Shown here: positions 12,528-24,231 of the stretch, in pieces | How the letters are laid out: each line of letters opens with the position of its first letter | Position numbering within the stretch: the stretch's first letter is position 1 | From: Chiloscyllium plagiosum | Taxonomy: Eukaryota | Reading direction: 5' to 3' | Length of the DNA stretch: 64,000 nucleotides | Assembly (NCBI RefSeq): GCF_004010195.1 | Contig: NC_057749.1 | Coordinates: 5,807,339-5,871,338 of the forward strand | Position numbers and translations under genes: made by a program | The notes under the pieces: generated by a model | Told to the model about the DNA's origin: nothing | Seen by the model: the letters and a program-made list of their open reading frames with translations, nothing else | Database searches by the model: none

Positions 12528-12619
12528 TGAAAATGTGTTGCTGGAAAAGCGCAGCAGGTCAGGCAGCATCCAGGGAACAGGAGAAAGGGGAAATGAGGAA
12601 ACTGGAGAAATCTGAGTTC
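12528..12619 (-). mobile_element. Penelope-like fragment (family A), rearranged
   Basis: 12-bp TSD AAAAAACAATGC (12516-12527 / 12620-12631). Confidence 0.8.
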
Positions 12620-12780
12620 AAAAAACAATGCCTGCTTGAGGAGGTAGGTTTTAAGCAGTGACTTAATAGTGGAGAGAGCTGTAGAGAGAGAGATGTTTAA
12701 TGAGGGAATACAAGAGCTTAGGATCTACACAGCCACAAGTAACACAGTTACGGAAATTGAGGATTTACATAGAGTTGCAT

Positions 12781-13123
12781 CATAGAAGTCCTACATTGTG
12801 GAATTGGGCCCATCAAGTCCACTCTAACCCTACGTAGATCATCCTAGAAGCATCCCCCTACTCTATTCCTGTAACCCTGTATCTGCCATGGCTAATCTAC
12901 CTAGCCTGCACATCCCTGGACACCCAAGGGCAATTTAGCATGGCCAATCCACCTAACCTCCACATCTTTGTACTGTGGGAGGAAACCAGACCACCTGGAG
13001 GAAACCCACACAGACAAGGAGAGAATGTGTAAACTCCACACAGACAGTCCCTTGAGGGTGGAACCAAACCTGGGTCCCTGACACTGTGAGATAGTAATGC
13101 TAACCACTGAGCCACCATGCCAC
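12781..13123 (-). mobile_element. HE1-like SINE
   Basis: V-domain and head on the minus strand. Confidence 0.85.
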
Positions 13124-14190
13124 TCCTAATATGTACCAACATGTTGTGGGTTGTAGACATGGGGGAGGATACAGAGGTGGCATGGGGAAAGGCTATGGAG
13201 GGATTGCACCACAAGGACAATATTTTAAAATTTAGATATTTCTCAACTGGGAGTCAAAGTGTGTCAGCAACCACAGAGATAATGGGTGAGAGCTGGAATT
13301 GATATGTTTTAGGATACGGGCAGAGATTTTTGTGAGTTCAAATTCATAGTGGTTGAATGTAGAAGGCTAGTCAGGACAACATTGGATTTGTTGTCTCTGG
13401 ATGTTTCAAAGGAATGCATACAGTTTTCTGACACAGATGAGTTAAGGTAGGGACAGTAAAGAGTGGTGTTGTAGTATTCCTGTTTTAACTGGCCATGAGG
13501 AGACAAGTATAGAGATAAAGACTGTGAGCACCATTGAGAATGAGTTAGGAACATTTAAGTGACTTGGAACCGATTGAACAAGACAAGTAATTGTTTTGAA
13601 CTAATGGTAAACTAACGGACCGTCCAGACTGAACAAAAATGTCCTTCCAGTTCTTTATCCACAAACCATAAAAGACTAGATTTTGACATTTTCTTTCAAC
13701 TCTAAGCTTCTCACATTCAAAAGCCAGGATGAACATTTTTTTTCTACTGATTGAGCAGCTAATTGAAATGTAAAACAGCGTTGGCATTAGCATGCTGTGG
13801 TTGGCTGATTTTTCATTGTTTTAGGCAGCTAATGTCTGTTGTTTGAAGTCAGGCACAGCAAAATGATACTCATTTGTGATTTTGACTGGCACTGTGAAAA
13901 TTTCTGAAAGTCCAATAATGCGCCCATTCTTTTTAAATAAAGAGAAATTTAGTGAGGTTCTTGTTTTTGTTCGGCACAGACTCAGTGGGCTGTGATATGG
14001 ACCACTGTGATTTATATGTCAGCAACTCTAACCTTTACTCTTAGTTCCAAAACAGGAGTGTAACACAGTGAAAAGTACAATGGTGGGAGGTAGGGGCTCA
14101 AGACTAATAATCCAGAACACCAGGCTTCATGTTCTGAGGGCATGGGTTCAAATCCCACCATGGTATCATGAAATTTGAATTTGATTAAAA

Positions 14191-14799
14191 AGTTACTTTG
14201 GCTTTAAGAGGTATGTTTTGTCCAGGTTTTTTCTATGAAGAAATGTTGTGACAGATATACTGAGCAGTCTGCTCAGAGCCAATAAAGTTAATAGCTTGTG
14301 AGGCTTTCTTTTTTAAAATTGGAACAATACAAGCATCCTGGATGGGTGAGGTCAAGATCCCATAGAACCAGGATATTTACTTTTGATACTTCAACAGCAA
14401 TTGTTGCTGGGGTCTTGAAGCTGGATGTGGAAGCTGTTTTTCCTCTGTTTGTTATGGCTGAAAGTTATGGTTCTCCTCCTGCCACTAGAATTGCATGTGA
14501 GACCATCTATTTTACTGAATTTGCCTTTGCCAAGGGTGTGTTTATGGGGATGTTGCTGTATTGGAACAGTTACTGTTTAGTAATTCAATAATCTTTTATT
14601 CTGTTAAGTTATTCCAATTTCTTCTTTCTTTTGTTGTCTTTTAACTGTAGTGTATGAATAAAGTATGTTTTGCTTCAAGACTGGTTGTTTGACCAATTGA
14701 ATTACATCGGACTATAACACCTGGCACTTGCCTTTAAAATAAGAAGACATTAGGGTCTAGACTATTATCTGTTGAGGGGGTTTGGTCCCGTCCATAACA
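14191..14799 (+). mobile_element. Solo LTR related to 11412-12011
   Basis: Shared blocks TTTGCCAAGG.GTGTGTTT, GAATAAA, GCCTTTAAAATAAGAA and terminal GTCCATAACA. The 5' end is approximate. Confidence 0.7.
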
Positions 14800-15289
14800 A
14801 CTTGCCTAATTGAAGCAACTGCCAGTTGTTGTTAAAAACTACTTCATTCACTAAAGCCCTGCCGCACAAGACTCTCGGCCTGCAGCAGCATGGTTGACTC
14901 CAGGCAAGTGGGGATAGATAGCAAATGCTGGTCTCACTAACCATGCGCACAACCCTGCATAAAACTTTTAAATATAATATTTAAGGATAGTAGTCAAATA
15001 ATGCTTGATGGTGATTCATAGAGGAGAAAGGGGGAAATAGATGCAGCATGCTTAGAGTTAACACATTCAGTTGTTTGAAAATCAGTTTGTTTTTAGCTTA
15101 TGGTTAATATCGCAATGACAGCTCATATGTAAATAGTGCCTTTAACATACAAAGTATTCTTCATACCTTTAGTCAAGTTACTATGATTAGAGCTAAAACT
15201 AAAACCAATCAGCTCAGAAGATACAGATGCAAAGGACACAATTCTAAAGAGTGGGCAGGAGCAGAGACATCTGTGTGTATGAACATAAA

Positions 15290-17130
15290 TAATTAAAGGT
15301 GGCACGGCAATTATAGAGTGTGACTAATAAAGCGCACAGTGTTCTGGGCTTCATACATGGGGGCATTGAGAATAAGGTTTGGGAAGTTTTGATAAATATA
15401 AGAAAAGGTTAGACCTCAGCTGTGGTGCTGTGTACAATTCAGGGATAAGACACTCTAGGAAGGATGTGAATGTGTTGGAGAGAGTGCAGAAGAGGTTCAC
15501 AAAAATGGTTCCAAAGATGAGACCCTTCAGTTAAGATGAAAGATTGGAGAAGTTGGAACTGTTTTCCTTGGAAAAGAGAAGGTTAAAAGAAGATTTGAAA
15601 GGGAGATTTCAAATCATGAGTAATCTGTGAAAGGGAGAAATTGCTCCCACGCATAAAAAAGATTGAGAATTAGAGAGCATCATTTTCAATTAGAGTTTTA
15701 CGGATGTACAACATGGAAACAGACCCTTCGGTCCAACTCATCCATGCTGACCAAATATCCTAAATTGATCGAGTCTCATTTGCCAGCAGTTGGCCCATAT
15801 CCCTCTAAAACCTTCCTATTTATATACCCATCCAGATACCTTTTAATGTTGTAATTTTACCATCCTCCACCACTTTCTCTGGCAGTTCATTCCATACATG
15901 CACCATCCTCTGTGTGAAAAAATTGCCCCCCGGTCCCGTTTAACTGTTTCTCCTTTCATCTTAAACCTATGTCCTCTGGTTTTGAACTTCTCTACACTGG
16001 GGAAAATACCTTGACCATTTATCCTATCCATGCACCTCATGACTTTATAAGCCTCTATAAGGTCACCCCTCAGCCTCTGACACTCCAGGGAAAACAGCCC
16101 CAGCCTATTCAGCCTCTCCCTACAGCTCAAACCCTCCAATACCTGCAATATTGTGTAAATCTTTTCTTCACCCTTTCAAGTTCAACAACATCTTTCCTAA
16201 AGCAGGGAAACCAGAATTGAATGCAGTGTTCCAAAAAATGGCCTAGACAATGTCCTCCTAATCACTGCATTGAGGAGCTGCCGGGGCGACATGGTGGTTA
16301 GCACTGCTGCTTCATAGTGCCAGGGACCTGCATCTAATTCCTGCCTTGGGTGATTGTGTGGAGTTTGCACATTCTCCCATCTCTGTGTGGGTTTTCCTCC
16401 CACAATCCAAAGATTTTGCAGGTTAGTTGAATTGGCAATGCTCAATTGCCGATAGTCAAGGGTAAATGTAGGGGAACGAGTCTATGGGTTACTCTTCGGA
16501 GAATCGGTGTGGACTTGATTAGATTAGATTCCCTGCAGTGTGGAAACAGGCCCTTTGGCCCAACCAGTTCACACCAACCCTCCGAAGAGTAACCAACCCA
16601 GATCCATTTCCCTCTGACTAATGCACTTAACACTATGGGCAATTTAACATGGCTAAGTCACCTGATCTGCACATCTTTGGATTGTGGGAGGAAACCAGAA
16701 CACCCAGAGGAAACCCACGCGGACACAAGGAAAATGTGCAAACTCCACACGGACTGTCACCCAAGGCTGGAATTGAACCTGGGACCCTGGTGCTGTGAGG
16801 CTGCAGTGCTAACCACTGAGCCACTATGCCACCCCTTGTTCAACCAAAGGGCCTGTTTCCATACTGTACGGAATCTAATCTAAAGAAATAAGGGTAATAT
16901 GAGACAACCTTTTCACACAGCGAGTAGTTAATGTATGGAATGCATTGCCTGGAAATGTGGTGGAGGCAGGTTGAATTGAAGCATTCCAGAGGCAAGTGGA
17001 TGATTATTTAAGTAGAATCAATGTGCACACTTAGAGAGAAAAGATATTGACAGTAAGTTAAAGTGCTCAGAGGGCCAGTGCATCTACAGTGGGCTGAATT
17101 CTGCATTGCAACAATTCTGTGATTCTGAGT
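15290..17130. mobile_element. Nested cluster: old CR1 (+) interrupted by CR1 (-, 15692-16255), SINE (+, 16283-16882) and a SINE (-, 16518-16834) inside that SINE
   Basis: CR1 peptides (LEGLSCRERLNRLGLFSLE..RLRGDLIEAYK) and SINE heads in both orientations. Confidence 0.8.
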
Positions 17131-17730
17131 GGAAATTGTCTACACCTCCCAACAACTTAAAAAGCGAAAATAAATGGTATTTTCAAATATTGCCCTGTTA
17201 ATGTAAACAAACACATCAAGTAGCTGTAATTATTTCTACCTTGCACAGTTAAAGAACAATAACTACAAAACACTGATGTGTCCGTGAGACAATAAAACCC
17301 AAAGCAGACACAGAAATAGCCCATAATATAGAATTATTTTTTACATGGCTATGTCAACATACTGTAGTCTTCACACAAAGACCCATGCTGTGAGTTGTTG
17401 AATTTACCCACTGACAATAATTTCAATATCATTGACTTGGTTAGTACCACCAGGGTTTGTGTCAATGACTGTGAGTAACAACATGAATGGGTTTAGCCCT
17501 GACATGCTGGGAAGAGTCTTGCAGCATCTTTGCAGAACCCACTGTTCATTCTATACCCTTAAACATCTCAAAGGGAAGGCTATGCTAGTGCCTTCATTTT
17601 GTGATGTTTAAGGGCGTGGAACAGTTCTTGTGAGGTGGGACCTCCAGCATATAGAATAGACTTCCCTGGAGGTCTTGCCCATCAACAGCCATTGTTTTCT
17701 TGATTCTCTCATGGGATGTGGGTATCAATG

Positions 17731-17961
17731 AGGAGAAAGTGAGGACTGCAGATGCTGGAGATCAGAGCTGAAAATGTGTTGCTGGAAAAGCGCAGCAGGT
17801 CAGGCAGCATCCAGGGAACAGGAGAATCTATGTTTCGGGCATAAGCCCTTCTTCAGGAAGGGCTTCAAAATTCCTGAAGAAGGGCTTATGCCCGAAACCT
17901 CGATTCTCCTGTTCCCTGGATGCTGCCTGACCTGCTGCGCTTTTCCAGCAACACATTTTCA
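17731..17961. mobile_element. Penelope-like insertion with inverted terminal copies (family A)
   Basis: A minus copy at 17731-17859 and a plus copy at 17871-17961, with a 16-bp TSD GATGTGGGTATCAATG (17715-17730 / 17962-17977). Confidence 0.88.
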
Positions 17962-18469
17962 GATGTGGGTATCAATGGCAAGGTCAATATTTGCAGCCCA
18001 TTTCAAACCCACTATGAACTGAGTGGCTTGGAAGGACATTCCAGAGGGCTGTGAAAAATTACTTACAGTGGTGTGGAATCAAACTGACTCTAAAGGATGT
18101 TCATGAGCCAGATGGGTTTTTACAATGATTGATGATAGTGCCACGGTCACGATTACTGAAACTAGCAGTCAATTCCACATTTGTTCATTGAATTTGAATC
18201 CCATTGGCCACCATGGTGAGACTTGAATCCATGTCCCATAGAGTTAATCTAGGCCTCTGGATTACTAACAAAGCAACATTACTCCAGGGTCTCCTTCTCC
18301 CAGTCAGAGGCTAGAATCTTTTGGGCTCAGCAACACCACTGAGGAAACTATGGTTGCTACAGCAAGGACATGTCCTAAGAGTCCCTCAAAAACAAAGTGA
18401 TCCAAGTCAGTAATGTTGGGGAGGTGGGCCATGCAGTGGGAGTTGGTGTCAAGCACTCATCCAAGAAAC

Positions 18470-19320
18470 TGGGCAGTATTCCCTAAACTTCTGACTTGTA
18501 CCTTGTAGATGACAGACTGGCTTTGGAGAGTCAGAAGATAAGTTACTTGCTGCAACATTCATACTCTCTCGACTTGTTCTTCTAGCCACAGGATTCATAT
18601 GACAAGTCCAGTACAGTTTCTGGTCAATTGTAACCCCAGAGACATTTGGGGCAGCAGAGTGGCTCAGTGCTTAGCATTGCTGCTTCACAGAACCAGGGAC
18701 CTGGGTTAGATTCCAGCCTCAGGCGACTGTCTGTGTGGAGCTTATATGTTCTCTCCATGTCTGTGCAGGTTCCCTCTGGATGCTCTGGTTTCCTCCCGCA
18801 ATCCAAAGATGTGCAGGCTAGGTGAATTGGCCATGCTAAATTACTCATAGTTTTCAGGGATATGTAGGTTAGGTCCATTAGGGGATTGGGTCTAGGTGGG
18901 TTACTCTTTGGAGGGTCAGTGTGGACTTGTTAGGCTGAAGGTCCTGTTTTCACACTGTAGTGATTCTCTTCTACTGACAGTCACAGATTCAGCAAAGATA
19001 ATACCATGCCACCGAGTGATGATCTGATTGGATGTAGTCATTGTCTTTTGAGTGTCAAAAATGTTACTTGCCACTTGTCAGCCTAAACCAGGATATTGTG
19101 CAGATCTTGCTGTGTTTAGATGTGGACTGCTATTTGGGATATCACTGCTGACCATTATCCGATTATGAGCAAACATCCCAACCTCTGAGCTTATAATGGG
19201 GGGAAGGTCAATAACAAAGTAGCTGAAGGTGGTTGGGCCCTGGACACTTCACTGAAGAACTACTTCAGAGATGACCTGGACCTTAGATGACTCACCTCCA
19301 ACAACCTCAACCACAATCCA
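18470..19320 (-). mobile_element. Old CR1/L2-group LINE fragment interrupted by an HE1-like SINE (+, 18647-18965)
   Basis: Homologous to 58380-58900. Confidence 0.7.
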
Positions 19321-19797
19321 GTCCTTCTGGCTCAGAGATAGGGTCATGGCCATTGCATAACATGATCCTGTGTCTTCTGTTTAATGTGTTAAACTAAGGC
19401 ATTGCCTGAAGAGTGCAATTAGCTGTGAACAATTCTGATGTCACAAGTTCTCTGCCCTCACTAATGTAAATGAAACCCCAACACCTCAAAGCATTTACAG
19501 AAAGGTATGCCCCACCCGTTTTGGATTGTATTGTTTCATGCCTCCAACTCCATTTCAATTTACTCCCCTCCCTCTTTCATGATTACTGTGGCACTGTTCC
19601 TAGTGGGCAGATCTTGGCTAATTGTTATCAAAAAAAGAGAATCTGCCTCATTGCTGCTTTGGGGATCTACCAGTCTGAAAAAAAAGGCTCAAATAAAAGT
19701 AAAATATTGCAGATGTTGGAAATCTGAAACAAATGCCGAAGAAACCTGCAGGTCTGATGGTATCTGTGGAGAGAGAAATAGAGTTTAATTTTGAGTC

Positions 19798-20846
19798 GAA
19801 AAGAAAGTGAGGACTGCAGATGCTGGAGATCAGAGCTAAAAATGTGTTGCTGGAAAAGCGCAGCAGGTCAGGCAGCATCCAAGGAACAGGAGAATCGACG
19901 TTTTGGGCATAAGCCCTTCTTCAGGAATGAGGAAAGTTTGTCCAGCAGGCTAAGATAAAAGTTAGGGAGGAGGGACTTGGTGGAGGGGCGTTGGAAATGC
20001 GATAGGTGGAAGGAGGTCAAGGTGAGGGCGATAGGCCGGAGTGGGGGTGGGGGCGGAGAGGTCAGGAAGAAGATTGCAGGTTAGGAAGGCGGTGCTGAGT
20101 TCGAGGGATTTGACNNNNNNNNNNNNNNNNNNNNNNNNNNNNNNNNNNNNNNNNNNNNNNNNNNNNNNNNNNNNNNNNNNNNNNNNNNNNNNNNNNNNNN
20201 NNNNNNNNNNNNNNNNNNNNNNNNNNNNNNNNNNNNNNNNNNNNNNNNNNNNNNNNNNNNNNNNNNNNNNNNNNNNNNNNNNNNNNNNNNNNNNNNNNNN
20301 NNNNNNNNNNNNNNNNNNNNNNNNNNNNNNNNNNNNNNNNNNNNNNNNNNNNNNNNNNNNNNNNNNNNNNNNNNNNNNNNNNNNNNNNNNNNNNNNNNNN
20401 NNNNNNNNNNNNNNNNNNNNNNNNNNNNNNNNNNNNNNNNNNNNNNNNNNNNNNNNNNNNNNNNNNNNNNNNNNNNNNNNNNNNNNNNNNNNNNNNNNNN
20501 NNNNNNNNNNNNNNNNNNNNNNNNNNNNNNNNNNNNNNNNNNNNNNNNNNNNNNNNNNNNNNNNNNNNNNNNNNNNNNNNNNNNNNNNNNNNNNNNNNNN
20601 NNNNNNNNNNNNNNNNNNNNNNNNNNNNNNNNNNNNNNNNNNNNNNNNNNNNNNNNNNNNNNNNNNNNNNNNNNNNNNNNTGGGTTGTTCGGTTTTGGAA
20701 CTGGTCCTCCTGGGAGCAGATGCGGCGGAGACAAAGGAATTGGGAATATGGGATGGCATTTTTACAGGGGGTAGGGTGGGAGGAGGTGTAGTCTAGGTAG
20801 CTGTGGGAGTCGGTCGGTTTATAGTAAATGTCTGTGTTAACTGTCT
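19798..20846 (-). mobile_element. 5'-truncated Penelope-like element (RT C-terminal region plus 3' terminal repeat) spanning an assembly gap
   Basis: The peptide TDIYYKPTDSHSYLDYTSSHPTPCKNAIPYSQFLCLRRICS is characteristic of Penelope/Poseidon-type RTs. 15-bp TSD GTTTAATTTTGAGTC (19783-19797 / 20847-20861). Confidence 0.85.
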
Positions 20847-20959
20847 GTTTAATTTTGAGTCCACAATGACTCTTCTTTATAACTGGAAACATTCACTCTA
20901 TTTCTGTCTCCACAGATGATGCTAGACCTGCTGCATTTCTCCAGGATTCTCTGAATCTG

Positions 20960-21575
20960 TTGCAAACAAAAAGGCTACAGTTGGACAGCTTGATTGACAC
21001 CACATCCAGGAGCATCCATTCCCTTCATTACACTCAGGAGCAGCAATGTGTACTGTCTACAAGATGCACTGCAGAAATTCACCAAAGATCCTCAGATAAC
21101 ATCTTCCAAACCAACGACCACTTCCAATTAGAAGGACAAGGGCAGCAGATACATGGGAATACCACCTTCTGCAAGAGGCCCTCCAAGCCACTCATCATCC
21201 TGACTTGGAGATACAGTCAGTTCTGCTATAACTTGTCTTTTGTTAATGTGAAATGGCTGTAACATGATTGTGAATAGGGAATGCAGTTTCACAATGGGAA
21301 CTTGTAAAACATATGCTAGCTATAAGGTGATTAGATCGCCAAAACTTTAAATGTTACTTGTATTGTGCGATTTTTGTCTAGCGCAGGGTTGCACAGATCG
21401 CGTTATAGAAAAATTGACTGTATTCCTTCCATGTCACTGGGTCAAAAACCTGGAATTCCCTCTGTGGGAAGGGCACTGTGTGGGTCTACCAACAGCACAT
21501 AGACTGCAACGATGCAAGAAGGCAGCTCACTACCACCTTCTCAAAGACAATAAATGCTGGGCATAGCCAGCAACA
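20960..21575 (+). mobile_element. Old LINE 3' region (same family as 57890-58400)
   Basis: Reverse-complement homology to 57900-58270. Confidence 0.7.
21214..21420. mobile_element. Tc1/mariner-pogo (Tigger-like) MITE
   Basis: TIRs CAGTCAGTTCTGCTATAAC / GTTATAGAAAAATTGACTG (16/19 match) and a TA TSD on both sides. The host LINE resumes afterwards. Confidence 0.8.
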
Positions 21576-21799
21576 AAACGAAAGGGGTTGAATTGTTTTC
21601 AAAGCCTTTCAGAGGGAATGTAAGCTGTACTCTTTTCTTTAATTATTGCCAGTTACCCCCCTCCCATCTCCCCAACCTCCATGTTTTCATATTGTTGCTT
21701 CAGGACGCCAGGTGCTGCTCAGTTTTCAGGCCCACGTCTTTGCAAGTTGGACTTTATTACAAAGAGCACTGGAGAGAAACCTGAGCTGGGGTTCTGGCT

Positions 21800-22571
21800 G
21801 CCATCGATTTGAGATGCTCTCTTGTAGCCCCCTCCCAGGGACTCCCCCAAAACCTTGCCCCCTTCCCAGTTTGGGGGCCGAGGGTGAACTGTGCAGCCTG
21901 CAGGCTTCAGTCCTGGGCCAATCCCCGTTTAAAAGACAGGGGGAGGGGACACATAGAACACAGACAAAGGTGAGGGGCAGCTTCTATGGCAACCCAATAG
22001 ATCACATTCCCCTATTCAGTAAGCGTATGGGAAACGCAGAGCGCTCTCACGGCAGTTAGCAGCTTTTCTTCGCTGTTACAATGGGGTCTCTGCCGAGGGA
22101 AGGGTTCGAATCCCGCAAAGGATGAAGCCTTCTTGATTGTTATTTTTTTTTTAATTGTTGTTAAATTTCTGCTGGCTTGCCTTTTATTCTCTGCTTTCCA
22201 GTCCAAGGATTCTCCCTGGTTTATTTTTGTTTTGGAGAAGTGGGAGGACTCGCACGCCTTTCTGGGGTTTGCAGACTGCGAAGTCCTGGTGCCTTTTTGA
22301 ACCTCATGGCCGTGGTGGGCGGGTGGGCGAGGGCTCTGAAGAGGAGGGGGGGGGGTAAGCGTCCGGATTTCCAGCGCCCGTCCATACAGGGAAGGGGAGG
22401 GGGGAGGAGAGGGGGAGGTGGGTGGGGAGGGAGAAATCCTCTCTCCGCTCAGTGCATCAGGAGCTAGAGATGTGGCAGGGATCTGAGAGCCCGTGGTCGC
22501 TGTGTCTGTCTGACGGCTGAGCCATATCCACATAGCAAAGGGGGTACCGGGAGGCTCCTAGCCGAGGGGAC
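21800..22571 (+). promoter_or_regulatory. GC-rich HCN4 promoter/5'UTR region
   Basis: Repeat-free, GC- and CpG-enriched, with G-tracts at 22344-22431 directly upstream of the ATG. The TSS cannot be determined from sequence. Confidence 0.6.
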
Positions 22572-23236
22572 ATGGACAAACTGGCTCCTTCTATGCGCAA
22601 GAGACTCTACAGCCTTCCGTCGCCGACCCGGGCCAAAGCTGGGGCAGAGGACGAGGAGAAGGAGGGAGACCCAGAGGCGGCCAGGAGGGGTTTCAAAATG
22701 AGACCCCTGCCTTCTCCCTCCGGAGGGCTGACCAGGGAACCACTGGCCGGAGGGCAGGACAGCAACCTCTTGGAAACCGAGCTCGGGAGGACGGTCAAAG
22801 GCAGCAGCATCAGCAGCAGCACGAACGGGGACTGCCGCCGGTTCCGGGGCAGTCTCGCCTCGGTGACCGGCCGCACGCTCCAGGGAGCCGGGCTGGCCGA
22901 TGACAAGCGCCTGATCGTCGAGGGGGACTCCAGCCCCAGCGAGGACACCAACCCCGGCAGCGAGGGCTCCGAGGCGAGTCCCCAAGCCGAGCCGAGCTCC
23001 GAACCCGAGCCCGGGCTGGCTTTCCTGAAAGTGGACACCGCCGACCAGATCCTGCTGGAGGATGAGCTCCGGGCGAGCCAAGCCGGCTTCATGCAGAGAC
23101 AATTCGGGGCCATGCTCCAGCCGGGAGTCAACAAATTCTCGCTCCGGATGTTTGGGAGCCAGAAAGCAGTAGAGAGGGAGCAGGAGCGAGTCAAATCCGC
23201 CGGCTTCTGGATTATCCACCCTTACAGCGACTTCAG
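22572..23236 (+). CDS. HCN4: Coding exon 1 of potassium/sodium hyperpolarization-activated cyclic nucleotide-gated channel 4 (cytoplasmic N-terminus up to just before S1)
   Basis: The ORF starts [16 protein letters not shown] and contains [36 protein letters not shown] and [53 protein letters not shown], all recognisable from vertebrate HCN4. It ends at TTCAG|GTAA, a phase-2 donor at 23237, which is the conserved HCN exon-1 boundary. Codon usage is GC/CpG-rich. Confidence 0.95.
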
Positions 23237-24210
23237 GTAACCCGCTGTCTCAATGCCCTGAAATCACTTGAAAACAGAAACAAAGTTCATTGCCTTGCCT
23301 TTCAGTCAAGATAAGGCATGTCCCAATTAGATCCCACAAACAGGAGGGAGGTAAAGTTCCAAAGAATGGAGTTGGCACAAGGAGCAGATTTAAAATAGTC
23401 CTTTCTCAGTAGTGTTGAGAGTTTTATTGTATGAAAGCTGCCTTGATAAATAAAGCCAGGTATGAGGATTTGTCCAGCGGCCTGGCAAGATTGGGGATGT
23501 TTGTTTCAATATTATTTATGCAAGTTTTATTTTATGAAATGTGCAGCTTGTGAAAGTTCCTAACTCGGGAGGTACAACTCCACCCTGTTCTTTGCGGGTA
23601 AACACTTTGTTAAACTATTGGCGAACACTCAGAATTCTAACCTTTGCCAATTCGTTCTAGTCATTTTGAAAGTTTGCCTAGAATTTGGTAATGATCGCAA
23701 AATTGCATGTGTCCTTGGTTGTTTGTGTTAACGCACTTCCAACGGGGACTGTAGTTCCCATCCACGTATGCTTATATTTACGTACATTTAATGGTAATGA
23801 CCTGGTTCGTCGGTTTCATCCATCTCCCACACCAGAGATCTCCAGAGATCACCACATCTCCTCTGTGCACCAGAGTTCCCTCCTATACCCATGCAGGGGC
23901 AAAGCGACAAGCAAGGTAGCCCTGTGTAGCTGACAGAGGAGAGGTAGCTGAGAGGCTATGGTGCTCTGTAGTTAGGCAAAATCTGACACATTCCAAACTC
24001 GCCTCTGGGCATGAGAGTTTGGACAAGATCATCCAACAGCTAGTGCTGATAACGCTTCAGGCTCATATGTGTTGGAAACTGCAATGGGGTGTGGGAGGGG
24101 AAGGGGAGGCGGATGGACAAGAGGACTTTTTTAAAAAAAAAACAGTGCGTTCAGGCCAAGAGGATAGGCAGGGCGCGCTCGCCACGAGGAAAAGCGGAAT
24201 TGGTGTGGTG

Positions 24211-24231
24211 GTTGCTGTCCGTGGTGCTGAA
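24211..24231 (-). promoter_or_regulatory. RE1/NRSE (REST/NRSF binding site) in HCN4 intron 1
   Basis: The minus strand reads TTCAGCACCACGGACAGCAAC, a 19/21 match to the consensus TTCAGCACCACGGACAGCGCC. It lies within a CpG-rich patch at about 24150-24440. Confidence 0.9.

Noticed and set aside
19962..20892. ORFs of more than 200 aa
   Set aside because: Artefacts of the N gap. Only the Penelope RT peptide is real.
22464..23219. Long antisense ORFs (251 aa and 195 aa) over exon 1
   Set aside because: Shadow ORFs of a GC-rich coding exon with no recognisable homology.
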